Both the position numbers and the translations under genes were made by a program. A stretch of 64,000 nucleotides of DNA from Raillietiella orientalis (Eukaryota), in NCBI GenBank assembly GCA_036172245.1, contig JAYWIR010000003.1:4836001-4900000 (forward strand), in the 5' to 3' direction. The notes under the pieces are model-generated. The model was not told the origin of the DNA. It searched no databases and saw only the letters and a list, made by a program, of their open reading frames with translations. Positions 12,124 to 25,186 of this stretch are shown piece after piece. How positions within the stretch are numbered: position 1 is the stretch's first letter; each line of letters starts with the position of its first letter.

Positions 12124-12789
12124 ACAGGTCACAGCAGCTTTGTTAGTCCTCCAGTTTTCCGAGCTGCCCACATGCGTGCCTCCTTGCCTTCACCGCCCTG
12201 TACCCCACACGTACCCACACGCCCTGTGTTAAGAATCACATAATTATGCAATGATTCTTTCGAACCACCCATAGTCAGAGCGGACTTATTTTCCTCAAAA
12301 AAAAAAGAGGCATCGTCATCTGCTGTGGGTGTACCTCATCGCAAAGACGTACTGCAGCAATTTCAAACCTTCGTTATCACTTACACTTGTGATAGCCAAC
12401 CAGGGGAAGGGAAGGAGACGGGAAAGTGCATTTTATCTTTTTTCGAGCAAAGATAAAGTTTCGCTGTCTGCCTTTTCTGAATAAAGTGCGATGCGCGCAG
12501 CGTGCAGGTTTTGCGCAGAGCACTGCAAGCTGCCACGCCCGTTTCTTGCGTGCTTCCGGTACGTAGCGCTTAGGTTTCGAATCTGTCGAATCTCACTTGT
12601 GCCTACTTCGCAAGCATCGCCTACCGTGACCATGGCAGCGATTCGTACAGGTCACAGCAGCAATTCGTTGGCTTCCAGGGCTGCCCACGTGCGTGCCTCC
12701 TTGACTTCACCGCTGTGCCCCACCGTTGCCCACACGGCCTGTGTTAAGGATGACGGAATTATGCAACTGCTGTTCTTGCGAACCACCCA
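12124..12789. repeat. Diverged ~150-bp direct duplication (copies ~12124-12271 and ~12647-12789)
   Basis: Shared collinear blocks ACAGGTCACAGCAGC, GCTGCCCAC.TGCGTGCCTCCTTG.CTTCACCGC, CCCACACG.CCTGTGTTAAG, AATTATGCAA and CGAACCACCCA, with indels. Confidence 0.85.
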
Positions 12790-15700
12790 GTTTCTGAAAC
12801 ACCTTGATGGAAAAAGAATACCGAGATGAGGGCTGTGGGGTTTGCAACAAGGGCCGAGCGTGCTGCGCCGTAGGAATGTGAAGAAATCATCAGCATTGGC
12901 ACACAATCACGGCCGGCAAATGGCAGTCGCGACTTCTGCTTTTACCGCAGAAAGTTTACGAGCATCACTGAGAGGTGCTCGTAAACTTCCAGTTTTTAGA
13001 TCCAGCCTCCGTTTCCGAAGTGCCTCTCAGGAATGGCGGTGTCAGAGGCTTCTTCACATTTTCGCAAGTGTACGGAACTCGGGGACTGTCCAAATGCCGG
13101 TCTTCATTTCAAGGAACACTGGCTGAGAGACACTGGTTCAAATAAAGAAAAAAAAACATTGCTTGCAATTGAATATTCCGGCAGATTGCAACTCTGAGCG
13201 TTTAGCGTTTCGGGAACAGTCTACGCGACCTTCAAGGAAGAAAAAGAACTGCGTGGAAGAGCAGCCGAGCTTTCCTTCACCTCGGCATAAGTCGTCGCAT
13301 GACTTTGGAGAATGGCGTGAGATTTCCAAGTCTTCATATTGGTCTTCATATGGTAGATCTTAGCCTTTGGAATCTCTAAATTCGCCATGTAACCCACACG
13401 TTTTCCTGTTTGGGAAGCTGGAAATTTCTGTGCATGGATGTCCAGTATCAATGCTGCATCTGTAGTGACTTCTTTCGTTTGAACGTACCGTGCGGATTTC
13501 ACAAGAAGCAGACGTATTCAGCATCTCAGCAGGAGAGCGTGTGCACAAGAACCGCGCTCTTGAAAGGTAATTACTCGAACTGGAGCTCCTGATGGTCTCC
13601 GATCCATATGTGGACACGAGGCTTCAACCGATTACGTTAGCAGAAATGGACTCAAGTATCTGTGAGCGGGTCTAAAAGGAGAAAAAGAATGAAATACAAT
13701 GAGCACACTAACAACGAAGCATGACGCAATGTGTACCTATGGGGGGATCCCTTCATGAACTATGAGGCTTTTTGCTGATAAAGAATGGAATCATTTCTAA
13801 AGTTTCAAACAGAAGGAGGGGGGGGGGGAGAGAAATCAGCATGAATTCACGTGATGACGGTGCATACATGCGATCGTACACTTAGTCGTCTGGAACGGTG
13901 TGAGCTGACATGTTGGCGCAGGGTGCCCCTTTCTGGAACTCTACCTAATGCCATCTCACAGACTTTTCATGACACAAAGTCGCTTATATACTTTTCGATT
14001 GGAACTCATTTTGGTATCACGTACCCTGTGGGCTTTGCGGTTTGACGCTTCGGTGTATTGTATTCTACGATCCAAAGCTGCATTGTGCTCGTTTGAAATC
14101 CGCCATTATGGGTCACAACGTTAACCCAAAATGAATGCAGTGTGCTCTGATACGAAATGTGTGAAGATGCAAGTCGCCACCGAAAATTATAGAACCGTGC
14201 CTTAAAAAAAGAAAAGGAAAAAGAGATTCGCTCATACCTTGGGCATACCAACCACGGGCGTCTTTGTAAATGGTGACGAAGCACACGAAGCATGAAACGC
14301 TTGTGACTCTCGAAAAAAAAAAAAAAGGTTTCTTTCACCGTGTCAAAGGGAAGTCTGAATTTGAATTCGGAAATTTGAATCGAATTTGGCATTGAATTGC
14401 ATTTTGAAAATCAGCGAAGTGCTTCTTTAGCGCTGGCTTTGTAGTCTTCATAAGAGACCGTTTCTTGCTGCTTCCCGTTTACGGTTTTCAACGATAACCT
14501 GTTTGGAGCTTAATTTTTTATTCTCACTTTAAAAACTGAGTATATATTTCACTGAAAAAAATTGCCTTAGGGTTCATTTAGTTTCAGAACCTGGATTCCC
14601 ATGACCATCCGATGGACTATTTGTGGGCATGTAAAAACAAATATCTGTATTCCAACGAACTGTTAATAATGTGCATGTTTCGTTCCGAAACCCGATAATA
14701 TGTTAAAAGGAAATTTTGTAAATGGTAAGAAACTTCATAAAAAGAAAAGAAAGAAGAATTGTCCACAGGACACCTTAGAAACAATATTCAAAAGGAAATC
14801 CACTTTGATCTTAGCCAAAAGGCCGAGAAGCGATTCAAAAGGAAATCCAATACGAATTGCCTTTTTATTTATTTGTCGATTTTGTGAGCCCTGATTATTG
14901 AAAATTGAATACTGAGCTGAGTTATGGCTTCACATTTCAGTGTTTTCTAATCGTTCTCACACTTGCAACTCGCTTCTGGAATCAGTAAGGACTGCCAGTA
15001 GGAACACCATGGATTCGAATCATAGTAGTAATTTATTTCATGTTTTGTTGGACACAGATTGACTCTCCATAGAAACACGTGAACAATATGGAATTCAATC
15101 CTGTGATAGAAGATAGATAAAACTTGTTGTCTTAGTGTTATCTTAGAAGCAATGGGAGAACTTCAACCAAGAACTATCGAAGCGAAAATGCATACTAAAG
15201 TGGAAGACTCTTGGCTTGGAAAAGCTGCATTATAAAGACCTTGAACTGCCAATTAGAAAAATCTCAAAGATTTGTGAATTTGCAATGTTTCGACTCCCTT
15301 TTTTGAAACTAAGTTATAGGTGATAAATGAGGCTACAAATGTAGGCTTTAATCTTATAGCAACAGCATGGTTTTTTTATGTTTTAAGAAGGGTTGCGCCT
15401 TACATTGAAAATGAATAGCTATCGTACTTCAGCTGTAGCCAAAGCCTTTTAGTTTAAAAATAAGAACGCCGAATTTTTGCAAAGTTATGTATACCTTCAA
15501 ATGCATTTTTGCATCCATCATTCCACCATCTTCATCCATTTTTCCAGTGTTTGAAAAGGAATGAAAATATTCGTATTGGTAGCTCTATAGTGAATCAAAC
15601 GGAATTGATCTATAATCGATCTATTTATTCATCGTACTTCCCATGGTACAAGGAAAGCGGTCACGTCAGAAAATGTGGGTTTATGATATGTGTGTACACT

Positions 15701-16191
15701 GATTATTAGATTCCATTTCTTAATATGACACTGGCAAATATTTAAAAGGAAAAAAAAAAAATCACCCGCTAGCATCAAGGAGAGCAAGTACGTAAAGAGT
15801 GAAAAATAGCAACTTTGTATGCTGACGGAAAGAATTCAAAATATGCTGTATTCGGTGATAATTGGTAGCTATCTTGAGATGCCACTTTGGGCATCTGACT
15901 GTGCTCTCACAAATGTGCATCTCAACCACATTCATCACCTGGGACGCTTCCGGACCGAGAAGCACGCGGTAGAATTCTAAGAAAGTATCGCTCACTGAAC
16001 ACCGGGCAGCCCTGCAAAGGCGCCATCAGTAATTCGAAACTGCATGTTTAATGAAACACACACAGTGGTGGATGAGTCATAGAGAGCCAAACTTATCACA
16101 TTTATGAGCGAACTTTGTGTGGATTCGGCACTTCTCCAGTATATGTAGACGTTTTTTCTTTGGTTTGGTAAATCTTGGCGAGTAGTGTGAA

Positions 16192-16227
16192 TCGACGGTA
16201 GTGCCATTCGACTTGCACTACCGTCGA
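16192..16227. other. Perfect 13-bp inverted repeat with a 10-nt loop
   Basis: TCGACGGTAGTGC-CATTCGACTT-GCACTACCGTCGA, ~415 bp upstream of the DDX11 ATG. Confidence 0.85.
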
Positions 16228-16642
16228 GAAGATGTCTTCACCGCACAGTTTTCCCCTTCGCAGCTTTTAATTACCAATATAAACGCGTACACGTAAACGG
16301 TTATGAAAGCACTTATGCTGTTAAAATCCTATTGAATTCTATTTCCTTGAGAACCCGTTCCGCCTTTTCTCTGTGCCAGATTTTCGATTTACTATGAGGC
16401 TTAGCGGATCGTAGTATCGGTTTCGACAAGGTATTACAAGTCGCACAGTAATAGGTGCTTACTTATAATTGCACCACTTGAACTGTTAACGATTTTGCCC
16501 CCCCCCCCCCCTTTTTTTTTTCCATATGGGGTACAGATGATATGTTGGCTTTGTATTTATGATTATTTTTTATATTAGAACGTTCAGCAGGAACTTTTTG
16601 CACGGAGCACTTATGTGGTTGCCAAAATGTGAGTGAATAGTC

Positions 16643-19554
16643 ATGGAAAATGCATTTAATTTCCCCTTCAAACCGTATGCTATTCAAAACGAGTTTATGA
16701 CCCACTTATATGAAGTGCTTCAAGATGGAAAAATAGGCATTTTTGAAAGTCCTACAGGCACTGTATGTTTAATCATAGGTAGTCATCAGAAAGAATTATT
16801 TTTTCAGGGTAAATCCTTAAGTCTTATTTGTGGGTCTTTAACATGGTTAGGAGATCATGTCAAATCATACAAGGCAGGTTTAGAAGGATTTTTGGATCAG
16901 TACGAGAAATCAACTGAAGAACTTGATGCTGAAGGTGAAGACTGGTTAGATAAACAGATTGTGAATAGAGAAGCTCAAGAGAAATACTTTCTTAAAAAAA
17001 AGGAGTACAAGTTTCTACTTAATCGTGAAGAATACTTTAGGAGTTTGCACAGTACCAGGATTGCTGTTGGTGATTGTTGGAAGATTCTGTGATCACTTGT
17101 ATTTTGATAGATGGACAGAAAGAAGGGATTATCCAATGTCAGTCACCCACATGAATTAGAGGCTGAATCAGCAGTTGCTGATACTGATGATGATGATTTA
17201 TTACTGGATGATTATGATGCCAAGCAGGGTACAGATAATGCAGACATCCCTGCTCCTGATGATGATGATCAGCTTTCTTGTCAAGAAATTTCTCATCAGG
17301 TTGGTGGGATGATTTGCCAAAATAACAATAGGATAAGTAGCCACAAATCATCTACTGTAGCCGGACTCACTCTCAGCTCTCCCAATTCATTGAAGAATTG
17401 CAGCAGACATCCTTTGTGTCTCATCTTCGCTTGGTAGTACTTGCTTCTCGCCAGACTTTATGTATTCATCCAAAAGTCAGCAAGTTATCTCATGTTTCCC
17501 TGATAAATGAACAGTAAGTGATGGTGTTATGGTTGTAGCCATGCTGGCAGGTGTTTGGATTTGCAACGAGGATCACAACGAACAAGTATGGGCAGTCCAG
17601 CAAAAAAAAAGAAACGAGCAGCCGGATGTTTATTTTTGAATTTCAGCACTTTACAACAGCTGCAAACTGAGCTGCTGATCAAACCTTCAAGTGCTGAGAG
17701 TGCTCGTTCTCTTGGCCTTCGTCTTAATGCTTGTCCATATTATGCTGAACGAGCAATTGTGAAAGATGCCCAGGTTAGATATGAATACAGGTGATAATTA
17801 GTGGCTATTCTAAATACCATGTCTCCTACTTAATAGTTGGTAATTTGCCCATATCACGTGCTCTTCCATGCTCCTACACGGGCTACCTGTGGTTTACACA
17901 TTCGCAACAATGTGATAATTTTGGATGAAGCTCATAATTTGCTGGAGAGCGTAGCTGCCATGCACAGCCCCTTCTTGATGGGTCGTCATCTTTCTAATGG
18001 TTGTATTCAAGTACAGCACTATCTGCAGAAGTATGCTGCACGTTTGTCACCTCTCAATCTGCTGCGTACCAAACAGTTGCTCCATGTGCTGGATGGATTA
18101 GCGAAATACCTTGTCGCTTCAGATACTTCAAGCACAGCTGTATCACTGACTGATTTTCTATATAGCTCTGGCATTGATCAGTTCAACTTATTTCAGCTTC
18201 TGCATCATTGTGAGGCTAGTAAGATCTCTCACAAGGTTTGTATGGGTTCTGGTTTATGTGCATCCCTCTGCTTGATTGTAGCTTCGAGGATTTGTGGATC
18301 GTTATCATGGGAGCATTCAGTGGGGTTCTGATAGGTGCACTGCTCATGGTAGGCAGGTCATTTCATTCTTTCATCATCACATTTGGTTTTCCAGAAGATG
18401 AAATGCAAGAATCAGGGGAAGGATTTTCTCTTTCTTGCCCATTACTTCCTATATTAGAATTTCTACGAGCTCTCACAACTGCAGAAAAAGACTGCTGTGT
18501 TCTAATTACACATCACAGCAGACTGGCTAATTGTTCAGCTCAATTGCTACTTCTCAACTGTGCTCCCCATTTTGAAACCATCTTAAAGGAGGCTCGTGCC
18601 GTAGTGCTTGCTGGTGGCACTATGCAGCCCTTGGATGAACTTCTGGCCCGTCTTTTCCATCCTGCTGGTATAACTGACGACCAAGTCCGAATCTTCTCAT
18701 TTGGACATGTCATACCGGATCACCATCTGTATGCATCAGTACTCACCCAGGGTCCTACGGGTTTCATGCTTGATTTTTCCTTTGGCAAACGTCAAGACAA
18801 ACAGCTGGTAGGCCATCCCTACTCACCAAAGAAAAGTTTGCAAAACCTTATTAGCTGGATGAGCTGGGACGCGTACTTACAAATTTGTGTAATTTGGTGC
18901 CAGGTGGCATTGTGTGCTTCTTTCCTTCCTATGAATTTGAGAAGGAAACTGCGGAATACTTGCAGCCACTGCTGAAAAAGCTGGAAAGCAGAAAGAAAGT
19001 GAGTGAATTAGGTTGCTCTGGGAATCGAGTTTTGCTGGTAGTTCTTCAGGGAACCACGTCATTCGGGTCATACAGCTCAAGTACTCCATGCATATGCACA
19101 GGCAGCCCGACAACAAGGAGCACTGCTTTTCAGTGTGATGGGAGGGAAGCTTAGCGAGGGAATAAACTTCAGTGACGAGCTTGGTCGCTGCGTGGTGGTG
19201 GTGGGAGTGCCATATCCAAACCCGAACGCAGTTGACATCAAGGAACACATGAAATACTTGGGTAGCACCCGTGGTCGCCTCTACTATGAAGGACTTTGTC
19301 AGCAGTCCGTGAACCAAGCTGTTGGTAGAGTCATCCGCCACGCCTCGGATTATGCCTCCATGCTGCTACTGGATTGTCGTTTTACCCGAAAAAAGCTTTT
19401 GTCAGGCCTTCCCCACTGGATCCGTAAGCAGGTCCAAGTGCATGAGAAATTTGGACCACTCGTCTCAGCATTAAAGAAAGTAGGTCGCATTGGGAAGAAT
19501 TGATCCTGTACCTTGTTGTTTTCCCCCCAGTTCTTCGGTAGCCGCCAGCGCTGA
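16643..19554 (+). CDS. DDX11: ATP-dependent Fe-S DNA helicase DDX11/ChlR1 (XPD family), 815 aa. Exons 16643-16762, 16808-17065, 17111-17299, 17341-17513, 17551-17773, 17837-18235, 18282-18348, 18395-18807, 18855-18998, 19042-19479, 19531-19554
   Basis: [10 protein letters not shown]-motif, ESPTGT|GKS Walker [13 protein letters not shown], four Fe-S cysteines (TLCI, EQCL, AGCL, ACPYY), [28 protein letters not shown] and [11 protein letters not shown]. All introns are GT-AG and the exons sum to 2448 nt in frame. Confidence 0.95.
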
Positions 19555-22500
19555 CTTGTAATGCTCAGTTTAATTACGGGAGTGCGATTCCGAATCTGCG
19601 TGCAAGATGGAAACGCGTTGCCGCCGTAGGGGTTTATCCCTACGCATTTGCTCTGCGCGACCTATGCCAAAGATCGGTCAATGCTCCAGTTGAACTTTGC
19701 GGTCACAGAAATACTCTCAACGTGCAAACATTCGCAAAGCATACTATATTTTTGACAGTCATGTTACACGTGTGGTGTTGCTGCGTGCCCCTTGCTTTCG
19801 GCTGCATGGCACATTTCTTTTTGGAGCAACGAGTTCGACCCACTGACTTGCCTAAAGGCTGCAAGCATGTTGATCCTCCGGGATCCGTTTCTCATCCTCG
19901 GCCCATCGATTTTTTCCTCGCATCGGATTGAATACGCGTTTTTTTCTTGCGTTTCGCCGTCAGCGGTGGGTTGCGCGAGCCGTTGCAGTGGCGCCGAAGC
20001 CTCACTGATCGCCACGAGGTCGTGACTCGCACCATGCAGAAGACCAACGGGTCTGCATCAAGTGGACGAGAGAATGATTCCTTGATGAGAAGATTGCGGA
20101 TATCCGCTTTCAGTAAATGATTTCGACGGTGGAGCAATCGGTAAACAAGGTGGGCGTCACGGGGGCTTCCCGGCGGGAAGCGGACCCACAACCAGTCGTA
20201 CTTCGCACCGAAGTCGCGCAGGGACTTCGGTCGGTTGCACCCCGCAGGGAGGCAGGGGTCGTCTGCGGCATTTGCTTGGAATCCACAAAACACTTTCCGA
20301 TCCCCTGCAGCGTCTCTGTCTTTCGTCTGCCGCCTTTTTTGTCATTTGCGGTCGCAACACCAAGGCCGAAACTCCCCAATCTGGTGATTCCAGACGCTTT
20401 CTGCGTTTCAGCAGTGTCTCGCCGGCTCGTAGGGATCACATTCAAAGGCTGGCTTTTTTTTTGCATTCTGTTCAACAAAAGAGATCCTTTTCAAGATTTG
20501 GTCTTCAGACGGGACACGCCGTGCTAAAGTTTAGGTGGCGTCTGAATGTCCCGTGGGAAGATTCGCGGTTGCGGGAAGACCTGACAGACTTTCTCGCTTG
20601 CGCACCGAACCTCAGTCTCTCTCCCTTTGGCAGAATTTCTTCGACGTTTTCCTCCTTTGGTGTAATCGTCTTTCAATCCACAATCCTTTTCAGCACCGTA
20701 GCTCTTTCATATTCGACTAGTTTTGCTTACGTTGAGGAACATGGCGCGCTTCCTTTTTTTTCTTCTTTTGCAGAGGAACTTTCCTAAATTATCAGGCTGA
20801 AGGTATATCAGCCTGTCTACTACAAGCAAGGCTCCCTTTCCCATTCAAGGGTGCCTAGCGGGTCGTTGTCGTTCAAGAATCTCTTCGTTCTACGAAATTC
20901 AGGACTTTTTGCTAGTCTTCATAAGCCTAAGTGCTGTTGCTTGCTGTTTATGACGGGAGATTGATATGGAAATATTTCGTGGCCCTGGGAAACTAACGGG
21001 GAGTTCCGCAACTGGCTCCAACGGGAAATTTGCAATACATACATAAAATCGTAGTAACAATAATTTTTTTGTATTTACTACAAATGTTGATGGAAGCAAC
21101 GAGCCCTGAAAATGGATGGCGCTCAAGCGTCGAACCTACACCCAAGAGTCGGGGCCATTCCCCACCAGAAGACAAGGAATTTCTGGAACTTCTGCTGCAG
21201 GAGGACGGCGGATTCCTCAGGTTCCGGCCGGCGAAAGGTCGTGACGGTGTGCCCAAAAGGCTTTCAGCGCGAGGTCTCCTGGAACCACCGTCGTCGCAGA
21301 TGTGGCTGGCAGGAGAACGTACTCCTGTGAGATCCTGGAGATCCGACGTGAAGGAGGTCTCCAAGGAGAAAGGTGAGCATGGTTCAGTCGGTCCTATGTC
21401 CCTGGGGAAATAATGTGAGTCCCTGTTTCTGCATCAGCTCCGAGGTCCTCTCCCCTATCGGGCCGTTGGCCCCTATTCGGGGTTAACGGTTCTTGAGTAC
21501 TTAGCAAACCAAAGAAGAAAAGAAAACGAAAAAAAACAAAAACAAAAGGAAGGCGAACAGCAAATAGAAGAACCCATAGGATTTTATGCATCTACTGCGT
21601 TCTTTTTGCTGGTTACTGTCAAGAAGTGGATCCCGTTATCTAGGACCATATTCCAAGGAAAGTTAGGGCATCATTCAGTCCAAAGTGCTATTTGAACAGG
21701 AGACAAACAATAAGGACTCGTCCTTCCAAAGTGCGTAGTTCTCTGCCTTTAGGAGGGCCATGTGCGCTGGTTTTGCATTTTCACACAGTCTTTAATCTTT
21801 GAAGATGAATAGCATCGATTCCTGCACCTGCCAGCTTTCACGCTCACATAAAGTATTTTGTTTTTCGCACACTCCCTTTGTACAACAAACGTTTTTACAA
21901 TTGGATATGCGGACCTTTAACTGTATTGAATAGGTGGACGAGGCCGTTTCAATTGAAGTAAGCATATTCTCTTGTGATTACTCCATTTGTGCGGATTATC
22001 TTGGCAACGCTTTTGTTCCACAATTTCATTTTCATACTTGGCACCTTGGATTCGTGTATTCCGTTACTGCACAGAACGAACAACGCATTTTTCAAATCCT
22101 TGTGAGCAGCATATCTCGAAAAACACGAGTTAGAGTTAGAAAGCACGAAACACGCCAGAAACGGGAACACTACGGTTGTGTTCGTTTCCACGGATGCGGT
22201 TCAGCGCCCCGTTTGCTCCCGTCCCGAACGGGCTGATCTCTGCAACTGACGCTGCAGGAGAGGCAAAAGGATTCGGAGCGACCTTACTGGCACTGTTGGT
22301 CCATCGTAATGGATACAGAAGGGGAGAACATGACGCGTTTCCTTTTTTGCTAACCACCAGAGTTTTCCTCCCTCCCCCGTTCGTAACAGCGGCTACCGTC
22401 GACGTTTTGCGTGCTGGCGTGAATGTGCTACCCCGAGTGGAATTCTTCTGGGGCTGGGATCATGTGCTCTGAGGTGCGCTTCCTCTGGTTATTCTCTCGG

Positions 22501-23354
22501 AAGGACACTTGAGGAATCAAAAATCACGCGCATGCCGGAATGGATTTCACGTTCTCTAGAATATCACATTTCGGAACTCAGTGGACATAAATCAGCCACT
22601 TGCATTCTTCCTTTTTTTCCCTTTTTTCTGTTTTTTTTTTTTTTTTTTCATTATTATTTTTTTCATTATTTCATTATTATAATTGCTGTCGAATCGGAAG
22701 ATGACCTCGGCCAGGAAGACGTGGTCGTTCCAGCGGGGGTGAGGGTGCTGATCGGCTGGGGTGTCAGCGTCCTCGATTCGTGTGCTTCGCATTTTCCTTT
22801 CTCTTTTCCTTCAGGGCGCTTTCCTACCCACCGCAGGCAGCCTTCAACGGATGCAGAACTGTTCCAGGATGCTTCACCGCTTGCGAGACCTCGTGCACGG
22901 TGCCCGCTTTCCCATCCTGGACGACAGGGGAACACGTTGCTGTACACGTTGCGTGCCAGACGTGCCAGTCGCGCGGGGCCGAACCAGAGATTGTGCCATC
23001 GTCCGTTCGGCACGCAAGAGGAGCCGTGCTTTGCGACGTAGGGGGCCGACGGGCGTTTTGAATGCTGATTACGTGCGGGGGTGGGTCCTGTGTCTGCCGG
23101 TAGGGCTAGCTTGGCGGAGGCCGCGGATCGGGGAAATGGGGCAACGCGCGGCACGTGTTGCCGCACCGCTCGCGACGCTCCGAGCGGCCTTGCGTGGAAC
23201 GCGCGCGAATATCAACTCGGAGCATTTAAAAGCAAGTGGACGTCCGAGCTCGCAGCAGCCTCGGAGGATTGCTTCTCGCCCAGCTCGTGCCCCATCTTCA
23301 TGCAAAAGTGAAGTTGTTCCCTGAAGAGCCGACGACACGCAAGGAATTGTACAC

Positions 23355-24312
<958 letters not shown>

Positions 24313-24317
<5 letters not shown>

Positions 24318-24329
24318 ATATTTTTTATT
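24313..24329. terminator. Back-to-back poly(A) signals: AATAAA on + (24313-24318, contains the SRM stop) and AATAAA on - (24329-24324)
   Basis: CAATAAATATTTTTTATTG lies between the convergent SRM and TDP-43 units. Confidence 0.7.
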
Positions 24330-24394
24330 GAGGGATGCCTATTGGAGTTCAGATGTGGGGATAGCAGCAACACTGGTAGGAGGGGGTTGGGCAT

Positions 24395-24618
24395 TCAAGT
24401 CCAGCCATGGTAACCATAGCTGCTATATGTGCCATCTGTGGCTGTGCCACCAGTTCCTGCACCAGCACCTGCCACTTGTGAGCCACCATCTTCATAGTGG
24501 TGCCCCGCATAGCCACTGTAGCTAGCTGCTCCATATCCAGGTGGCCAATAGCTGCTGCCATTGTTATAGCCGTACCAGCTGGAGTAGTTGGTGCTGGCTG
24601 CACGATACGTAGGCACAG
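24395..24618 (-). CDS. TARDBP: Candidate alternative terminal exon of TDP-43 encoding a 74-aa Tyr/Gly/Ser-rich low-complexity tail
   Basis: Acceptor TGTGTTTTAG| (phase 1). Reads (A)VPTYRAASTNYSSWYGYNNGSSYWPPGYGAASYSGYAGHHYEDGG...YSSYGYHGWT*. In frame with the donor at 25725 and followed by AATAAA at 24329-24324. Confidence 0.65.
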
Positions 24619-24899
24619 CTAAAACACAGGCAGCGCTGTTAACCTCCTGCAGGGTAGCCTAGTGAATTTCCCAGCCCAAATTTTTTTTATTCGGATTTAA
24701 ATCTGTGCAAATGTCAAGGAACTACTGGGTTGAATGTTGACTGGTAGATCATAAGCATAGTTCACTGTATCCCCAATGCACTTACCTGGGGCTGGCCCGC
24801 CCTCCCCCTGATGCCCTCCATAAAAAACACAACAGTGGGGAGGCTGCATAGCAGTGCTTTATTGGTGGGCCCGTAGACACCTTGTACAAACAAGCCCTC

Positions 24900-25186
24900 A
24901 CGCACTGAATTCCAGCAAACATCAGGCAGGGGGAGGGGAGCATATATAGCATACACTCAAAATATTCTGTACTCATCCTACCCTTCCCTCACAGCATTCA
25001 GCATTCTTAACAACATGCACACTGCACTGCATACAGCATATGGCATACAAAACCCAGACACTGCTACCCTGGGCACAAAACTACATACAACAAAATGGAC
25101 ATGGCATACAGGAGCCTCACAAAAATCAGTCAATAGCCCAGGGAGCGGAACACCCACACATAAGGGGGCATGATCAAGGCAGCCCT
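24900..25186 (-). promoter_or_regulatory. UG-rich TDP-43 3'UTR segment (putative autoregulatory binding region); proximal AATAAA at 24863-24858
   Basis: The minus strand is dense in TGTATG/TGTG/TGAATG words, e.g. TGTATGCAGTGCAGTGTGCATGTTG and GAATGCTGAATGCTGTG. It is established that TDP-43 binds UG-rich RNA in its own 3'UTR. Confidence 0.5.

Noticed and set aside
19566..19580. 15-mer TCAGTTTAATTACGG also found at ~46217; loosely like a spliced leader
   Set aside because: A couple of 15-mer matches are expected by chance in 64 kb, and it does not match SL1 beyond a few bases.
19892..21413. Possible exons (minus 19892-20293; plus 21030-21413 with GGFLRF, FLRFamide-like)
   Set aside because: No coherent gene model. 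FLRF is followed by R rather than the Gly plus basic site needed for amidation.
24779..24792. ACTTACCTGG, resembling the U1 snRNA 5' end
   Set aside because: It is the reverse complement of a minus-strand splice donor. No U1 body follows.
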